Shown in pieces: positions 41,713 to 52,415 of a DNA stretch of 64,000 nt. Both the position numbers and the translations under genes were made by a program. This DNA is from Hormoscilla sp. (lineage in GTDB: Bacteria > Cyanobacteriota > Cyanobacteriia > Cyanobacteriales > Desertifilaceae). The notes under the pieces were generated by a model. It was not told the DNA's origin. It did not search any database and was given only the letters and a program-made list of their open reading frames with translations. Each line of letters begins with the position of its first letter. Positions within the stretch are counted from its first letter, which is position 1. The stretch is from the NCBI GenBank assembly GCA_051439505.1, contig JBFRWI010000145.1, positions 16,276 to 80,275 of the forward strand, given 5' to 3'.

Positions 41713-41782
41713 AGCCATTAGCCATTAGCCATTAGCCATTAGCCATTAGCCATTAGCCATTAGCCATTAGCCATTAGCCATT
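41713..41782. repeat. Heptamer tandem repeat (AGCCATT)x10, STRR type
   Basis: Seen directly, just downstream of the CHAT gene stop. Confidence 0.95.
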
Positions 41783-41790
41783 AGCATTAA

Positions 41791-44325
41791 TTACAGCCAA
41801 TTGCCTACCAATACAAATGGTGCCCAGAAGAAGGGATGATTATAGCGGCGGTCCTTTAAAAGGGCCAGTTGAGCTGCACGCAGGGCTTGAGCTTTAGTAA
41901 TATCGCGCTTTGTTAACTGTCGGTAAAACTCAATCATCAGCTCAGCAGTAGACTGATCGTTGACAGACCACAGGGTTGCTAGGGTACTGCGGGCTCCCGA
42001 TCGCACGGCCATGCCAGCCAATCCCAGGGCCGCTCGACTGTCTCCATCGGCGGTTTGACAGGCACTGAGCACCAATAATTCGATCGGGCTAATCTCCTGT
42101 TGTCCTCTATTTTGCAGTAGCCGATCGAACTCTTTAACATTTATCCGCCCGTCCCAGGTAAGCAGAAAAGTTTCATCTGGGTTAGAGGAAAACTGACCGT
42201 GGGTGGCCAGGTGAACCACAGAAAAGTCTACTGCTTCAATCTGATCCTGGAAGCTTTGACTGGTAAACTCTCGATCCAGCAATACCTCAGAATCTATTTT
42301 CTCGGAAATTTCCTTCACCTCCAACTCTACCCCTGGCAAGGCAGAAAAACCGCTGCGGGCCTCCGTCAGTCCCACCGTTAATGCTTTGATTTTGTTCTGT
42401 GCCAACTTTTCTGGTTCCAGCAGTTGCAACCCACTGCTCATAGCGATACTGTATTTCTCGATCAGATATTCTTGACCGTCGTAAAGGGCTGCCATCGGTA
42501 AATTCTGCAAGAAACCATCTAGTACGAACACTAGGGTTTTCACATTATGCTTGGCTAGATCCACCTCAGCGGGTCGGATCAGCCAGTCATATACTTGCTG
42601 GGAAAGCTGTAAACGCCGATCGCCATCATAGGCTAGGTGCAGAGAAGAGTATAGTTGCTTGAGGGTACTGTCCACCGACTCACTGGATGTGGCGTAGCGA
42701 TCGAGAGTGCCATCTGGCAGGGACAGGATTACTTCTAACCGGTCTGGCAGCAGGATCGGATAGATGACTGCTGCTGTTGCATCCACTTCGTCCAGCAGCA
42801 CTGGTTTTGTTTCTAAACAAGCTTCTTGAAAGAAGTTTTCTAACTCCGCCAGTTGCAGGGCTTCTATCACTTCCCGGGCTTGCTGGAGGTCTGCTTGACT
42901 CGAATCGGATCTCAACAGCAGGCTGACAAGCTGCCGATATACTGGTTCGACAGTTTCCTTAAAGTTAAACTGCACCTCGGGGTTGATGGCTACTAAGTCA
43001 CGACCCAGAGTTTCCAGAGTGTTAAATGCCGTTTTGTAAGCCCCGATCGCTTCTGTTATCTCCCCTTCCTGCTTGAGAACTTGACCCAGTTGCCAACTAG
43101 CCCGGGCCACTATTTCGGCAGCATCGAGGTTCTGGGCTATTTTTAGGGCCTGTTCTGTCAGTTTTTGGGCATCAGACCATTGGGACTGCCGTGCATATAG
43201 GGAACCTAACTGATTGAGAGCATATGCTTCCGCTTTGGCGTCCCTTATATTTCGTGCCTGCTGCACCCCCTCAGCCAGTAATAAACTCGTTTTGCGAGTA
43301 TAATTCTCTGGCATTTTCATCAAGCTAGCGGCCATATTCACCCGGGCGTATACCGACGAGCGACTCTCTGGCAACTGGGACAAAAGGGACTCTATTCTTG
43401 GGATTAAAGCTGTTGCCTGTGCCCACTGTGACATTTCCACTAGCAGACTCAGTTGGTTTAGCTGCGCTTCCACTCGGCCCATGGCCTCACCTGAGACCTT
43501 CGCCGCTTCCCGATAGTAAGCAAGCGCCACATCATATGCTTGTAAATCTCTAGCAATGTTACCAATGCTCAATAAAGTCCCACTGGTTTCCGCCCCTGCT
43601 CCTAAGGAGCGACTAATTGCCCAACTTTGTTCTAAAATTTCCTTTGATTCAATTAAGTCGCCCACTACTTGCAATGCCCGTCCCAAACTCCGCAAGGCGG
43701 CTGCTTTCAGCAGAGAATCCGGTTGGCCTTGCAACTGCTCATTCACCTGCTCTAATTGTTTCTTCGCCTTCCGATACTGTCCTAGGGTTTGCAGGGCTTG
43801 GGCTTGGTTAATTTGGCTGCCCACCTTGCCCATTTCATTGCCCGCCTGTTCGTAGACTGCTTCTGCTTGGATCCAGGTCTCCAAAGCTGCTTGAGTTTGT
43901 CCCCTGGCTAGTTCTATATACCCTTTAGCATTCAAGCTTTGTGCTTCCAGGGACAGGCTCTGATTATCGGGCTGTTCTATATTCTCTAATATTTCCAGGC
44001 TGTTGGCGATCGCCTGCCCGGCCTCCGACCACCGTCCCAAATCTTGATAAGCATGGGACATATCTTTCCAGATCGACGCCGTTCTGAGGATATCTCCCTG
44101 TTCCTGGTATGCCTGGGCTGCCTGTTGCCAGACCCTCGTTGCCTCTGATAATTTCCCTACCTGATAGAGTTCTTTTCCTCGTGCCAACAGTTGCACTGCC
44201 CTCTGGGGAGCTACTGCTAGGGATCTCTGGGATACTGCTGGCACCACTGTCGTCACCAGCAAGAACGTCAGCAATCCTAATATTATGTTTAACCTTATCC
44301 TTTTTCGGGGCGATCGCCTGATCAT
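41791..44325 (-). CDS. TPR-CHAT (caspase/HetF-like) protease with N-terminal signal or TM
   Basis: TPR repeats, catalytic HLATHG and LSACQTA, C-terminal HPFFWAPFVLVGNWL. Confidence 0.93.
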   Translation of the reverse strand: MIRRSPRKRIRLNIILGLLTFLLVTTVVPAVSQRSLAVAPQRAVQLLARGKELYQVGKLSEATRVWQQAAQAYQEQGDILRTASIWKDMSHAYQDLGRWSEAGQAIANSLEILENIEQPDNQSLSLEAQSLNAKGYIELARGQTQAALETWIQAEAVYEQAGNEMGKVGSQINQAQALQTLGQYRKAKKQLEQVNEQLQGQPDSLLKAAALRSLGRALQVVGDLIESKEILEQSWAISRSLGAGAETSGTLLSIGNIARDLQAYDVALAYYREAAKVSGEAMGRVEAQLNQLSLLVEMSQWAQATALIPRIESLLSQLPESRSSVYARVNMAASLMKMPENYTRKTSLLLAEGVQQARNIRDAKAEAYALNQLGSLYARQSQWSDAQKLTEQALKIAQNLDAAEIVARASWQLGQVLKQEGEITEAIGAYKTAFNTLETLGRDLVAINPEVQFNFKETVEPVYRQLVSLLLRSDSSQADLQQAREVIEALQLAELENFFQEACLETKPVLLDEVDATAAVIYPILLPDRLEVILSLPDGTLDRYATSSESVDSTLKQLYSSLHLAYDGDRRLQLSQQVYDWLIRPAEVDLAKHNVKTLVFVLDGFLQNLPMAALYDGQEYLIEKYSIAMSSGLQLLEPEKLAQNKIKALTVGLTEARSGFSALPGVELEVKEISEKIDSEVLLDREFTSQSFQDQIEAVDFSVVHLATHGQFSSNPDETFLLTWDGRINVKEFDRLLQNRGQQEISPIELLVLSACQTADGDSRAALGLAGMAVRSGARSTLATLWSVNDQSTAELMIEFYRQLTKRDITKAQALRAAQLALLKDRRYNHPFFWAPFVLVGNWL

Positions 44326-44435
44326 CTTACCTTACATCCTTGCAATTAGCCCTAGTTATTGCCAATAATCTGTTGTCGATTCCCTTCTGGCACAGCAGCC
44401 ACTAACTCTTCCCTTTTTATCGCTACTTACTTATA

Positions 44436-44490
44436 CTGCTGATGGGTAAACAATTGGTTAAGGTTTCCTAGTCCAATGGTTAAATATCAG
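44436..44490 (-). promoter_or_regulatory. 55-bp element upstream of the CHAT gene, duplicated at 47003-47057
   Basis: 53/55 identical to the second copy. Contains TTTAACCA, CTTAACCA and TTTACCCA boxes. Confidence 0.6.
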
Positions 44491-46952
44491 CGCCCTGAGA
44501 AGTTATTGCAGTCAACCGGTTTTAACCTTTGTTCCCTGACATGAGGCAAAACTGCGACTAACTCTACCGTCCCATCGGGATGTTTCACCCAACCTGTTGC
44601 TTCGGTCAGTGGCTGTTGACTTTCTCTCATCAAGGGTTGATTTTGTCTGTAACTACTCCCAGTTCTTAGTCCCGAGTAATCTTCTTCGTCTCGCCAGACT
44701 GTACTTCCCAGGATCGTCCCCGTCGGATCTTCTGCTAAACCTCCCCGTCCTGTAATTGTCAAGGCGTTTTCTTCACCCACCCGACAGCCCGCGATAATGC
44801 GATCGCTCGGGTCCGTGACCTTCTCTGGTAGTTTCACCAAAGAGGAACTGGAGTCTACATCCGGGTTGTTGATCGTCACCGTACCATCAACTCCGAGTTC
44901 TGAACTCGCAGTAATTTCACTGCTTGGGGACACAAACATTCCCCGAGTCGTAATCGCGATATTTCCTCCATCTCCACCGAAAGCATCGGCATTGATATTA
45001 CTAGACTGTAGCAGCACCAGGGTATCGGTATTTATTTCCAGGTTGCCGCCGTTCCCACTGCCCCCCGCTTCCGCTGATATTTCACTACCCCGACGTGCGA
45101 GCAATAATTCTTCGACGTTGATGGTAATATCCCCTCCTTCACCGGATGCCGTGCTCGCAGTTATGCCCCCTTCATCCTTCAGGATAATCTCACGGGCTAA
45201 AACTTGCAGATTTCCTGCCTTTCCCAGCCCTTCATTTCTGACCGCGATCAGACCTGCATCAGTCACCCTCAGCACCGGAGTGTTAACGGTCACATTTCCA
45301 GCATCTCCACTTGGCGAATCTGGCAGTCCAAACTCTTGTCGGAAGGCAACATCGACAATATTGGCAGAGGAACCCACCTGACTGGGCTCGATCGACCCTG
45401 AAGACCTACCACTTACAACTACCGACTCCGAAGCATTGACTGTTACGCTGCCACCATTGCCATTTGTAGCTGTGTTACTACCTACCCGACCTCCATCCAG
45501 CAGAATTAGCCTGGAAGTATTGACCGTCAAGTTGCCAGCATCTCCATTACCAATAGTTGCAGCATTCATACTGCTAGCCGAAGAAATCCTTTGATTCACG
45601 CCTATCAGTTCTATAGACTCAGTGACATTTACTGTCACATCACCGCCTTTGCCATCCCCCAGACTTAGAGAGCCTACAGATCCTCCATTCACAGCCATCA
45701 ACCGCTCAGTTGATAGCGTCACATCTCCTGCATCTCCATTACCTACAGTTCCAGCAGTAATCGCACTGGTCCGATTATTATTAACGGTTAATTCCACAGA
45801 TTCTGCTGCCGACACGGTTATATTGCCACCCTTGCCATCACCAAAGGTTCTAGAGACGATCGAACCTCCATCCGAGAGCACCAATCTCTCCGTTGAAACT
45901 CTAATATCACCAGCCTTTCCCGATCCTACTGTTTGATTGTGCAAGCTGCTACTCAATATCTCTAATATCGCGCCACTGACAACCACTTCTTCCGACGCCT
46001 CCAGGGATATCTGACCCCCTGGTTGCGACCCTTGATTTTGCATTAAAATGATGGAACTGTCTTCTAGTGAGATATTTTGTCCCTGTAGGTGGATCGACCC
46101 CGCTTCCATCCCACTCCCATTTACTGCTGCTTTTTCCAGTAGTCTAATATCCCCGAATAAATCTACTCCTTCATAGTCTAAAGTCCACCCATCCAGACCA
46201 ACTGTACCAGACCGCACGCTGCCTAAGGAAATTCTTCCGGACTCTGCTGTCAGAGTGCCCCCTGCTAAAATCACATCACCTCCCACCAAGATAATCGTCT
46301 TTCCCGGGCTTACCTCAATACCTGCATTGCCACTACCGAGGTCAAATGGCGAGAACCCGGCATCTATACCACCAAATGTTGTCAGATTGTGACCCGTCCC
46401 TTCTACTCTAATCGAGCCGGGTGATGGTCCGTATTGTAAGCCAATGGGTACATTAATTGTCAGCAGTGGCGATGTCTGAGGTTCTGTAGCGCTGAATACC
46501 TTTCCATCATCAAACAACAGACTATCTGCGGTACTGCCCAAAAATGAACCGCCGATATCCAGTCTGGCGTTCGGACCGAACAGTATTCCGTTCGGATTAA
46601 TCAGAAATAGGTTTGCCGTCCCGTTAGCTCTAATTAACCCATCTATATTAGATATTTTCCCACCCGTCACCCGCGATATTATATTTGATATCTCTGCCCC
46701 GTTGTTAAAGAATGCTGAGTCACCAGTGGGCACTGAAAATTCCCGAAAACTATGGAATAGGTTACGAGTTGCCGTCGTTCCACCCTCAATGGTGAACGTC
46801 CCTCCTTGCTGCGTTACCGTTGTATTTAATGGCAGGGTGGCGTCCGGAACTATTTGGGCTACCGTCGCACCACTACTTATCCCATAACAGATCGCGCTGA
46901 TGGCACTGACTATACCTATAGGCAACCTCCTACCCGTCTGAGACCATCTCAT
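44487..46952 (-). CDS. Filamentous haemagglutinin N-terminal (TPS) domain protein
   Basis: AQIVPD, NLFHSF, NPNGI, GxAGxI beta-helix repeats, C-terminal TGRGGL..EATGW. Confidence 0.92.
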   Translation of the reverse strand: MRWSQTGRRLPIGIVSAISAICYGISSGATVAQIVPDATLPLNTTVTQQGGTFTIEGGTTATRNLFHSFREFSVPTGDSAFFNNGAEISNIISRVTGGKISNIDGLIRANGTANLFLINPNGILFGPNARLDIGGSFLGSTADSLLFDDGKVFSATEPQTSPLLTINVPIGLQYGPSPGSIRVEGTGHNLTTFGGIDAGFSPFDLGSGNAGIEVSPGKTIILVGGDVILAGGTLTAESGRISLGSVRSGTVGLDGWTLDYEGVDLFGDIRLLEKAAVNGSGMEAGSIHLQGQNISLEDSSIILMQNQGSQPGGQISLEASEEVVVSGAILEILSSSLHNQTVGSGKAGDIRVSTERLVLSDGGSIVSRTFGDGKGGNITVSAAESVELTVNNNRTSAITAGTVGNGDAGDVTLSTERLMAVNGGSVGSLSLGDGKGGDVTVNVTESIELIGVNQRISSASSMNAATIGNGDAGNLTVNTSRLILLDGGRVGSNTATNGNGGSVTVNASESVVVSGRSSGSIEPSQVGSSANIVDVAFRQEFGLPDSPSGDAGNVTVNTPVLRVTDAGLIAVRNEGLGKAGNLQVLAREIILKDEGGITASTASGEGGDITINVEELLLARRGSEISAEAGGSGNGGNLEINTDTLVLLQSSNINADAFGGDGGNIAITTRGMFVSPSSEITASSELGVDGTVTINNPDVDSSSSLVKLPEKVTDPSDRIIAGCRVGEENALTITGRGGLAEDPTGTILGSTVWRDEEDYSGLRTGSSYRQNQPLMRESQQPLTEATGWVKHPDGTVELVAVLPHVREQRLKPVDCNNFSGR

Positions 46953-47002
46953 TTTTTCAATTTACTATCCTTTGATTTCTCTTCCCTTTTATCATCCTGA
47001 TG

Positions 47003-47057
47003 CTGCTGATGGGTAAACAATTGGTTAAGTTTTCCTAGTCAAATGGTTAAATATCAG
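47003..47057 (-). promoter_or_regulatory. Second copy of the 55-bp element, upstream of the FHA gene
   Basis: Direct repeat of 44436-44490. Confidence 0.6.
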
Positions 47058-47278
47058 GGCCGGGTGTGGTCAAACCCGTTGGTAGTAGCCCGAACCCTAA
47101 AGGGTCCGGCTACACGAACAAAGCCCGCCTGCGCGGGCTACACATGTACCCGGCTATCAACATGTGGCAACCGGTGCAGAAAGGAACGGGGCGATCGGGA
47201 AGCTTTCACCTTAAGCAATTCCCAATTCCCAAGTTAAAAAAGAGGCGATCGCCCACTCTCCAAACTTCCACTTCCTCA

Positions 47279-47569
47279 TTATTCAATCGCAAATTTAAAC
47301 CCCAGGGCCTCTAAAAACTCAACAAAAGTATAAATTTCAGCACCACCGCTTTCCGAGATAATTTTATCTAATTGCTCGTACTTTTCTTTGGCAGACTCTG
47401 AGAGAGCATCCATGGCCGATCGCGCATCTATGACATCTTTAAGTGCCGCCGATAGCAGTTGTGGTTCTGGGTCTTTTTCTTCCAAAATTGCCTCAATAAA
47501 ACCTGCGGCGTGTTCTGGGTCTTTAAGGGATTCGATTAATGCATCTCGCCAGCTATCGCTAGTTGGCAT
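47279..47569 (-). CDS. Orphan addiction-module antidote / DNA-binding protein
   Basis: MPTSDSWRDALIESLKDPEHAAGFIEAILEE..LEALG. Only a toxin tail (WRDYNDTSQNAN*) overlaps its start. Confidence 0.75.
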   Translation of the reverse strand: MPTSDSWRDALIESLKDPEHAAGFIEAILEEKDPEPQLLSAALKDVIDARSAMDALSESAKEKYEQLDKIISESGGAEIYTFVEFLEALGFKFAIE

Positions 47570-47646
47570 TTTGACTTGTATCATTGTAATCCCTCCACCG
47601 GAGGACTGAGACTCCTACAAAGCCCCTGTCCAACTCCTGCACTTGG

Positions 47647-47901
47647 TCATAGCCCCAATCTTCGGCGCATTTCCTCGCTAGAAATACCCCCTTCCGCACG
47701 ACGCCGTGCCCGCGATCGCTCGATCAAGTCAATAAATTTAGGATTACTAGAAAGTGAAATCGTTTCCAAATCCACGTTTTCAAGATTAACCAACGCTGCG
47801 ATCGGCTCACCCTGTCGAGTAATTATCACGGGTTCCTGCATGAGATTAGAGGTATATTCACCCAGTGTGCCCTTTGCCTCTGCTATTTCAACAATTTTCA
47901 T
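47647..47901 (-). CDS. Phd/YefM-type antitoxin
   Basis: MKIVEIAEAKGTL..EPVIITRQGEPIAALV. Confidence 0.85.
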   Translation of the reverse strand: MKIVEIAEAKGTLGEYTSNLMQEPVIITRQGEPIAALVNLENVDLETISLSSNPKFIDLIERSRARRRAEGGISSEEMRRRLGL

Positions 47902-48199
47902 AACTGGTAAATCTCTCCTGCTATATTCACCTGGTTGCGTTCCTTCACACCAACTGCGTTGATGTACACTACGGTTTCTGGTTCCTCTTCTACATCATAG
48001 TATACACGCAAGTTACCAATACGTAGTTCCCAAGAAGCAAGAACATTTAAACGCATCAACTTCCTGTTTTTTGTTTCAATATTGGGCTGATACATCAATT
48101 GCTCATCGACATTATCCAATACAATTGCTTGCTGACGAGCAGTTAGATCCTGTAAATGGGCCTCACAAACTCTGGTGAGTATTCTATACGGTAAGCCAA
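47898..48199 (-). pseudogene. RelE/ParE-family toxin, probably frameshifted near the 5' end
   Basis: C-terminal WELRIGNLRVYYDV..VYINAVGVK. A family-typical N-terminus TTG-AYRIEYSPE lies in a different frame. Confidence 0.65.
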
Positions 48200-48453
48200 T
48201 TTTCAAGTAACCTATATGTCAACAAAAATATTTTAGCACTAGGTCTCATACCATTTTGGACAAATAAGGTCTTTCCGGTTCCATCGGGCCTAGAGAATAT
48301 CGTACATAATTTTCACCCCAGGTGTCAACTTCTTACGACTGCACCAGAACAAGCATCTGTTTTGCATCACCTGCATAGCCATCCTCTTGATGTAGCGGAT
48401 GACGGTGGGCGCGCCGCCCACCCGACATCTCTTGTCTCGGTCAAAACCGCTAT

Positions 48454-48508
48454 GGTGACAGGCGGGGACGCCCGTCCTGACAGGTGACAGGCGGGGACGC
48501 CCGTCCTA
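48454..48508. repeat. Tandem GTAG-type REP palindromes
   Basis: GGTGACAGGCGGGGACGCCCGTCCT twice at 29-bp spacing. A related copy is at 15064-15087. Confidence 0.75.
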
Positions 48509-49540
48509 CTAATCCTCAGCAAAAATATAACGATACAATTCGCTCGGGTCTGGTTCGGGACTCTCTAAAGCAAATTTAACCGCCTCATCAATTTCAGCCT
48601 GAATTTTCCCATCGATCGCCTTCAATTCTTCAGCAGAAGCCAGATTTTTTTCCGTTAAGTAAGCAGCAAAATTCTTAATCGGATCCCGGGTAAGCCAAAA
48701 TTCCTTCTCTTGCTGAGAACGCAACTCATCAGGATCCGCCAGAGAGTGACCCCGGAATCTATAAGTCAAAGCTTCAATCAGAGTTGGCCCTTCTCCAGCA
48801 CGGGCCCGAGAAACCGCCTCAAGGGCCGCTTCCCGCACCGCCAGCACATCCATACCATCTACCTCCACTCCCTCCATGCCAAAAGCATGAGCCTTCTTGT
48901 AAATCTCCGGCACCGATGTCGCCCGGTCATGGGCCATCCCGATCGCCCATTTATTGTTCTCAACCACATAAATGATCGGCAGTTGCCAGAGAACCGCCAT
49001 ATTCAAACATTCAAAGAACTGACCATTATTGCAAGCCCCATCGCCAAAGAAGCAAGCCGTCACTTGATCCGCCCCAGACTCCCCGATCGCCTCACGCCGG
49101 TACTTACTCTGAAACGCCGCACCGGTGGCCACAGGAATGCCCTCAGCCACAAAAGCATAGCCTCCCAGCAGCCGGTGCTTTTCCGAGAACATATGCATAG
49201 AACCCCCACGACCTTGAGAGCAACCAGTGGCCTTACCAAACAACTCCGCCATCACCTCCTTGGCCGGGACCCCAGCACTCAAAGCATGGACATGGTCGCG
49301 ATAAGTGCTACATACATAATCCTCATCAGGACGCAAAGCCTTAATTACGCCGGTGGCCACCGCCTCTTGGCCATTGTATAAATGGACAAAGCCAAACATC
49401 TTCCCCCGGTAGTACATCTCAGCGCACTTGTCTTCAAACAAGCGTCCCAGTACCATATCCTCGTAGAGCCGTAAGCCTTCCGCAGGAGTGATTTCTACTC
49501 CATCCTTTGCGAAAGCTGGTAATGTGCGTTCCTCAATCAT
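48509..49540 (-). CDS. pdhA: Pyruvate dehydrogenase E1 alpha subunit
   Basis: [23 protein letters not shown] and [14 protein letters not shown] at 49540. Confidence 0.97.
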   Translation of the reverse strand: MIEERTLPAFAKDGVEITPAEGLRLYEDMVLGRLFEDKCAEMYYRGKMFGFVHLYNGQEAVATGVIKALRPDEDYVCSTYRDHVHALSAGVPAKEVMAELFGKATGCSQGRGGSMHMFSEKHRLLGGYAFVAEGIPVATGAAFQSKYRREAIGESGADQVTACFFGDGACNNGQFFECLNMAVLWQLPIIYVVENNKWAIGMAHDRATSVPEIYKKAHAFGMEGVEVDGMDVLAVREAALEAVSRARAGEGPTLIEALTYRFRGHSLADPDELRSQQEKEFWLTRDPIKNFAAYLTEKNLASAEELKAIDGKIQAEIDEAVKFALESPEPDPSELYRYIFAED

Positions 49541-49657
49541 CAAGTTTGTCCTATAATTACGGATCGTAACTGAACTAATTTTTCTCAAGATCGCCCCATC
49601 AGTCAATGGTCAATCGAAAATATCAAATAGAAATCGAAATCCATTAATGATGGAAGT

Positions 49658-49804
49658 GGGTGTGGTCAAAACCCGTTGATAGTTCTAGGGCCCTCCCAGT
49701 CGCCGGGATCCCCCCAAACCCCCCCCTCGTTACGAGGCTCTGCCTTGTAACGGAAGGGGGGGTTTGGGGGGGATCGGGCGAGCAACAAATGCATGACCAC
49801 ACCC
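49658..49804. mobile_element. MITE (family A) with 9-bp TSD
   Basis: GGGTGTGGTCA...TGACCACACCC flanked by GATGGAAGT on both sides. Confidence 0.9.
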
Positions 49805-50072
49805 GATGGAAGTTAAGTTTATGCAAAACGATAAATTGGATTACGTAGATCTAAATTTCACCCCCTGATGATAAAATCAGAGGGAAATCACCGACTGCTG
49901 TAGGTAGGGTGCGGAACGTTACATTAGGTGAGAAAAGTGATTTGCACGCCCGAGAGTTAGTGCAAACCCAGGCAACACCAGACCAGTGAGCAGTACCAGT
50001 GACAACTGATAACACTGACAAATGACCGAGAACAGCCGATTATTAGTGAATTGCTGCTGAGGGAGACCCAAA

Positions 50073-52328
50073 GTGCGAATTCCGCTCGATTACTACCGAA
50101 TTCTAGGCTTGCCAATACAGGCGACTGTCGAACAGTTGGAGATGGCCCATCGCGATCGGACCATGCAACTGCCCCGGCGGGAGTATTCAGAAATTGCGAT
50201 CTCCTCCCGCAAACAGCTGCTAGATAAAGCCTATGAGGTGCTGTCGGACTCCGACCAGCGCAGCACCTATGATGCTAGCTTTCTGAGTGTTACCCCGAAA
50301 ATAGACACAACTAGCGGTGGTGAGGCAAGAGACAACGAACCTCCACAGCACAGTCCCAGCATTGAGATTTCCGAATCCCAATTAGTCGGGGCCCTGCTGC
50401 TCCTATTAGAACTAGGAGAGTATGAACTGGTATTGGATTTGGGTCGTCCTCACCTCAGCAGCAGCAAGATAGGTGAGGTCAATAACCAGGAAACCACATT
50501 ACAACTGGAACGATCGGATACAGTGCTGACTGTAGCGCTGGCCTGTCTGGAACTCGGTCGCGAACAGTGGCAGCAAGGAAATTACACATCGGCAGCGGAA
50601 TATCTGGAAACTGGTCAAAAATTCCTCTTGACAGAAGGATTATTCCCGACCGTGCGGGGGGAAATTACATCAGATATCTACAAGCTGCGTCCCTACCGCA
50701 TCCTGGAATTGCTGGCCCAATCAGAAGAAAATACAGCCATTAGCGCTCCGGCCCCAGGCAGTACGCGAAGTCAAGGGATACAAATGTTGCGAGATATGCT
50801 CGAAGAGCGGGGCGGCATTGATGGCACGGGGGATGACGGTTCGGGGTTGGGAATTGATGACTTTCTGCGCTTTGTCCAGCAGCTGCGGGGCTACATGACC
50901 TCTGAAGAACAACAGACTTTATTTGAGTCAGAAGCCCTACGCCCTTCAGCAGTGGCGACTTACCTGGCTGTATATGCTCTGCTAGCACGGGGATTTGCTC
51001 AACATAAACCAGCCCTGATTACCCGTGCTAAACGCATGCTGATGCGCTTGGGCAACCGCCAGGACGTACATCTGGAACAAGCTGTGTGCGCCCTGCTGCT
51101 GGGTCAGACTTCCGAAGCCAGTAGGGCCCTGGAAATGAGCCAGGAATACGAACAGATCGCCTTTATTCGGGAACATTCTCAGGGGGCCCCAGACCTGTTG
51201 CCAGGATTATGTCTGTATGGCGAACGCTGGCTCCATGAAGAAGTGTTTACCCACTTCCGAGACTTGCAAAATTGCCGCACAACCCTGAAAGATTATTTCG
51301 CCGATCGGGAAGTGCAATCCTATTTGGAAGCACTCCCCCAGGAAATCAACAATTCCAGCGAGTGGACAGTTGTGCAACACCAGCAAATCCCTCAAATATC
51401 GGCGACCTCAGAGGGATTAGGGCCTGGGTCTAACGCTATGGGGGCAAAAGGGGGGGTTGTCGATCGGGGAACAGCTCCAGTTGCGGCCCCAACTATGGTG
51501 GTAAAAACCCCGTCAACGGCTACCCTGTCTCGCTCAGCTGATGGAACGGCAGTTATTGAGAGCGCAAAAACTGGCGATCGCTCATTGGGAACGGGAAACG
51601 AGCGAGCATCTGGCCCCTCCAATTCTTCTGGAACGATAGATGGCCTTCACAGTTCGAGATTGTCGAGATTGTCACCAAACCGATCTCATGCTCCATCAAC
51701 TCGCAAAGATGCCAAGCCACCGGCGATCGAGACGGGGCGAGAGTTTTATTCGCCGAGGTTCCGTCTGTGGTTGCTAGTAGGTGTTAGTCTGGTGCTAATA
51801 TCCTGCCTGCTGGGTTGGTGGTTGCTCAAACGCATCTTCTCACCACAACTGGCACTGGAAGGTGAGCAGTTGCTTTTGCGACTCGATCGATCCCCGATCG
51901 AGATTCCAGACCCCAATACCAAGCCCCAGATAACAACCGGTCCTATAAACCAATCAATGGCGGCGCTGGTGCTCGACCGCTGGTTAACCATTAAAAGACA
52001 AGTATTTGGTCCCAACCATAGCATCGAGCAGCTAGAGCAAATCTTGACAGAACCAGCACTGGGAGTGCAGCGGCGACGGGCGCTGGTGGCACGGCAAGAA
52101 AACTGGTACGGTCAGTACCAGCACAGGGTGACGGTGGAAGAGGTTTCCTTGATAGATAGAGATCGGGCAATAGTAGAAGCAATTGTCAGCGAAAAAGCTG
52201 ACTTTTTTGTAAATGGTCAGTTAGAGCGGGCTTCATCCTACTTCGATCCGAATTTACGAGTGCGCTATGAGTTAATAAATCAAGGCGGTCAGTGGCGAAT
52301 TAACAATATTATCCTGCTCGACAATTAG
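50073..52328 (+). CDS. ftn2: Cell division protein Ftn2/ZipN (ARC6 family)
   Basis: MRIPLDYYRILG J-like domain, DLLPGLCLYGERWL, a TM helix and a C-terminal IMS domain. Divergent from pdhA. Confidence 0.93.
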   Translation: MRIPLDYYRILGLPIQATVEQLEMAHRDRTMQLPRREYSEIAISSRKQLLDKAYEVLSDSDQRSTYDASFLSVTPKIDTTSGGEARDNEPPQHSPSIEISESQLVGALLLLLELGEYELVLDLGRPHLSSSKIGEVNNQETTLQLERSDTVLTVALACLELGREQWQQGNYTSAAEYLETGQKFLLTEGLFPTVRGEITSDIYKLRPYRILELLAQSEENTAISAPAPGSTRSQGIQMLRDMLEERGGIDGTGDDGSGLGIDDFLRFVQQLRGYMTSEEQQTLFESEALRPSAVATYLAVYALLARGFAQHKPALITRAKRMLMRLGNRQDVHLEQAVCALLLGQTSEASRALEMSQEYEQIAFIREHSQGAPDLLPGLCLYGERWLHEEVFTHFRDLQNCRTTLKDYFADREVQSYLEALPQEINNSSEWTVVQHQQIPQISATSEGLGPGSNAMGAKGGVVDRGTAPVAAPTMVVKTPSTATLSRSADGTAVIESAKTGDRSLGTGNERASGPSNSSGTIDGLHSSRLSRLSPNRSHAPSTRKDAKPPAIETGREFYSPRFRLWLLVGVSLVLISCLLGWWLLKRIFSPQLALEGEQLLLRLDRSPIEIPDPNTKPQITTGPINQSMAALVLDRWLTIKRQVFGPNHSIEQLEQILTEPALGVQRRRALVARQENWYGQYQHRVTVEEVSLIDRDRAIVEAIVSEKADFFVNGQLERASSYFDPNLRVRYELINQGGQWRINNIILLDN

Positions 52329-52415
52329 CTAGACTCAGAGAGCGGATAACTTCAGTGAAAAAAACTGATAGAATCAGCAGCATCGATAGTAGTAAAGTCA
52401 CGGGGTTTTCAAGCA

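Noticed and set aside
44797..45381. Long antisense ORFs (also 12275-12904, 48710-49381, 61441-62025)
   Set aside because: Shadow frames of well-supported genes on the opposite strand.
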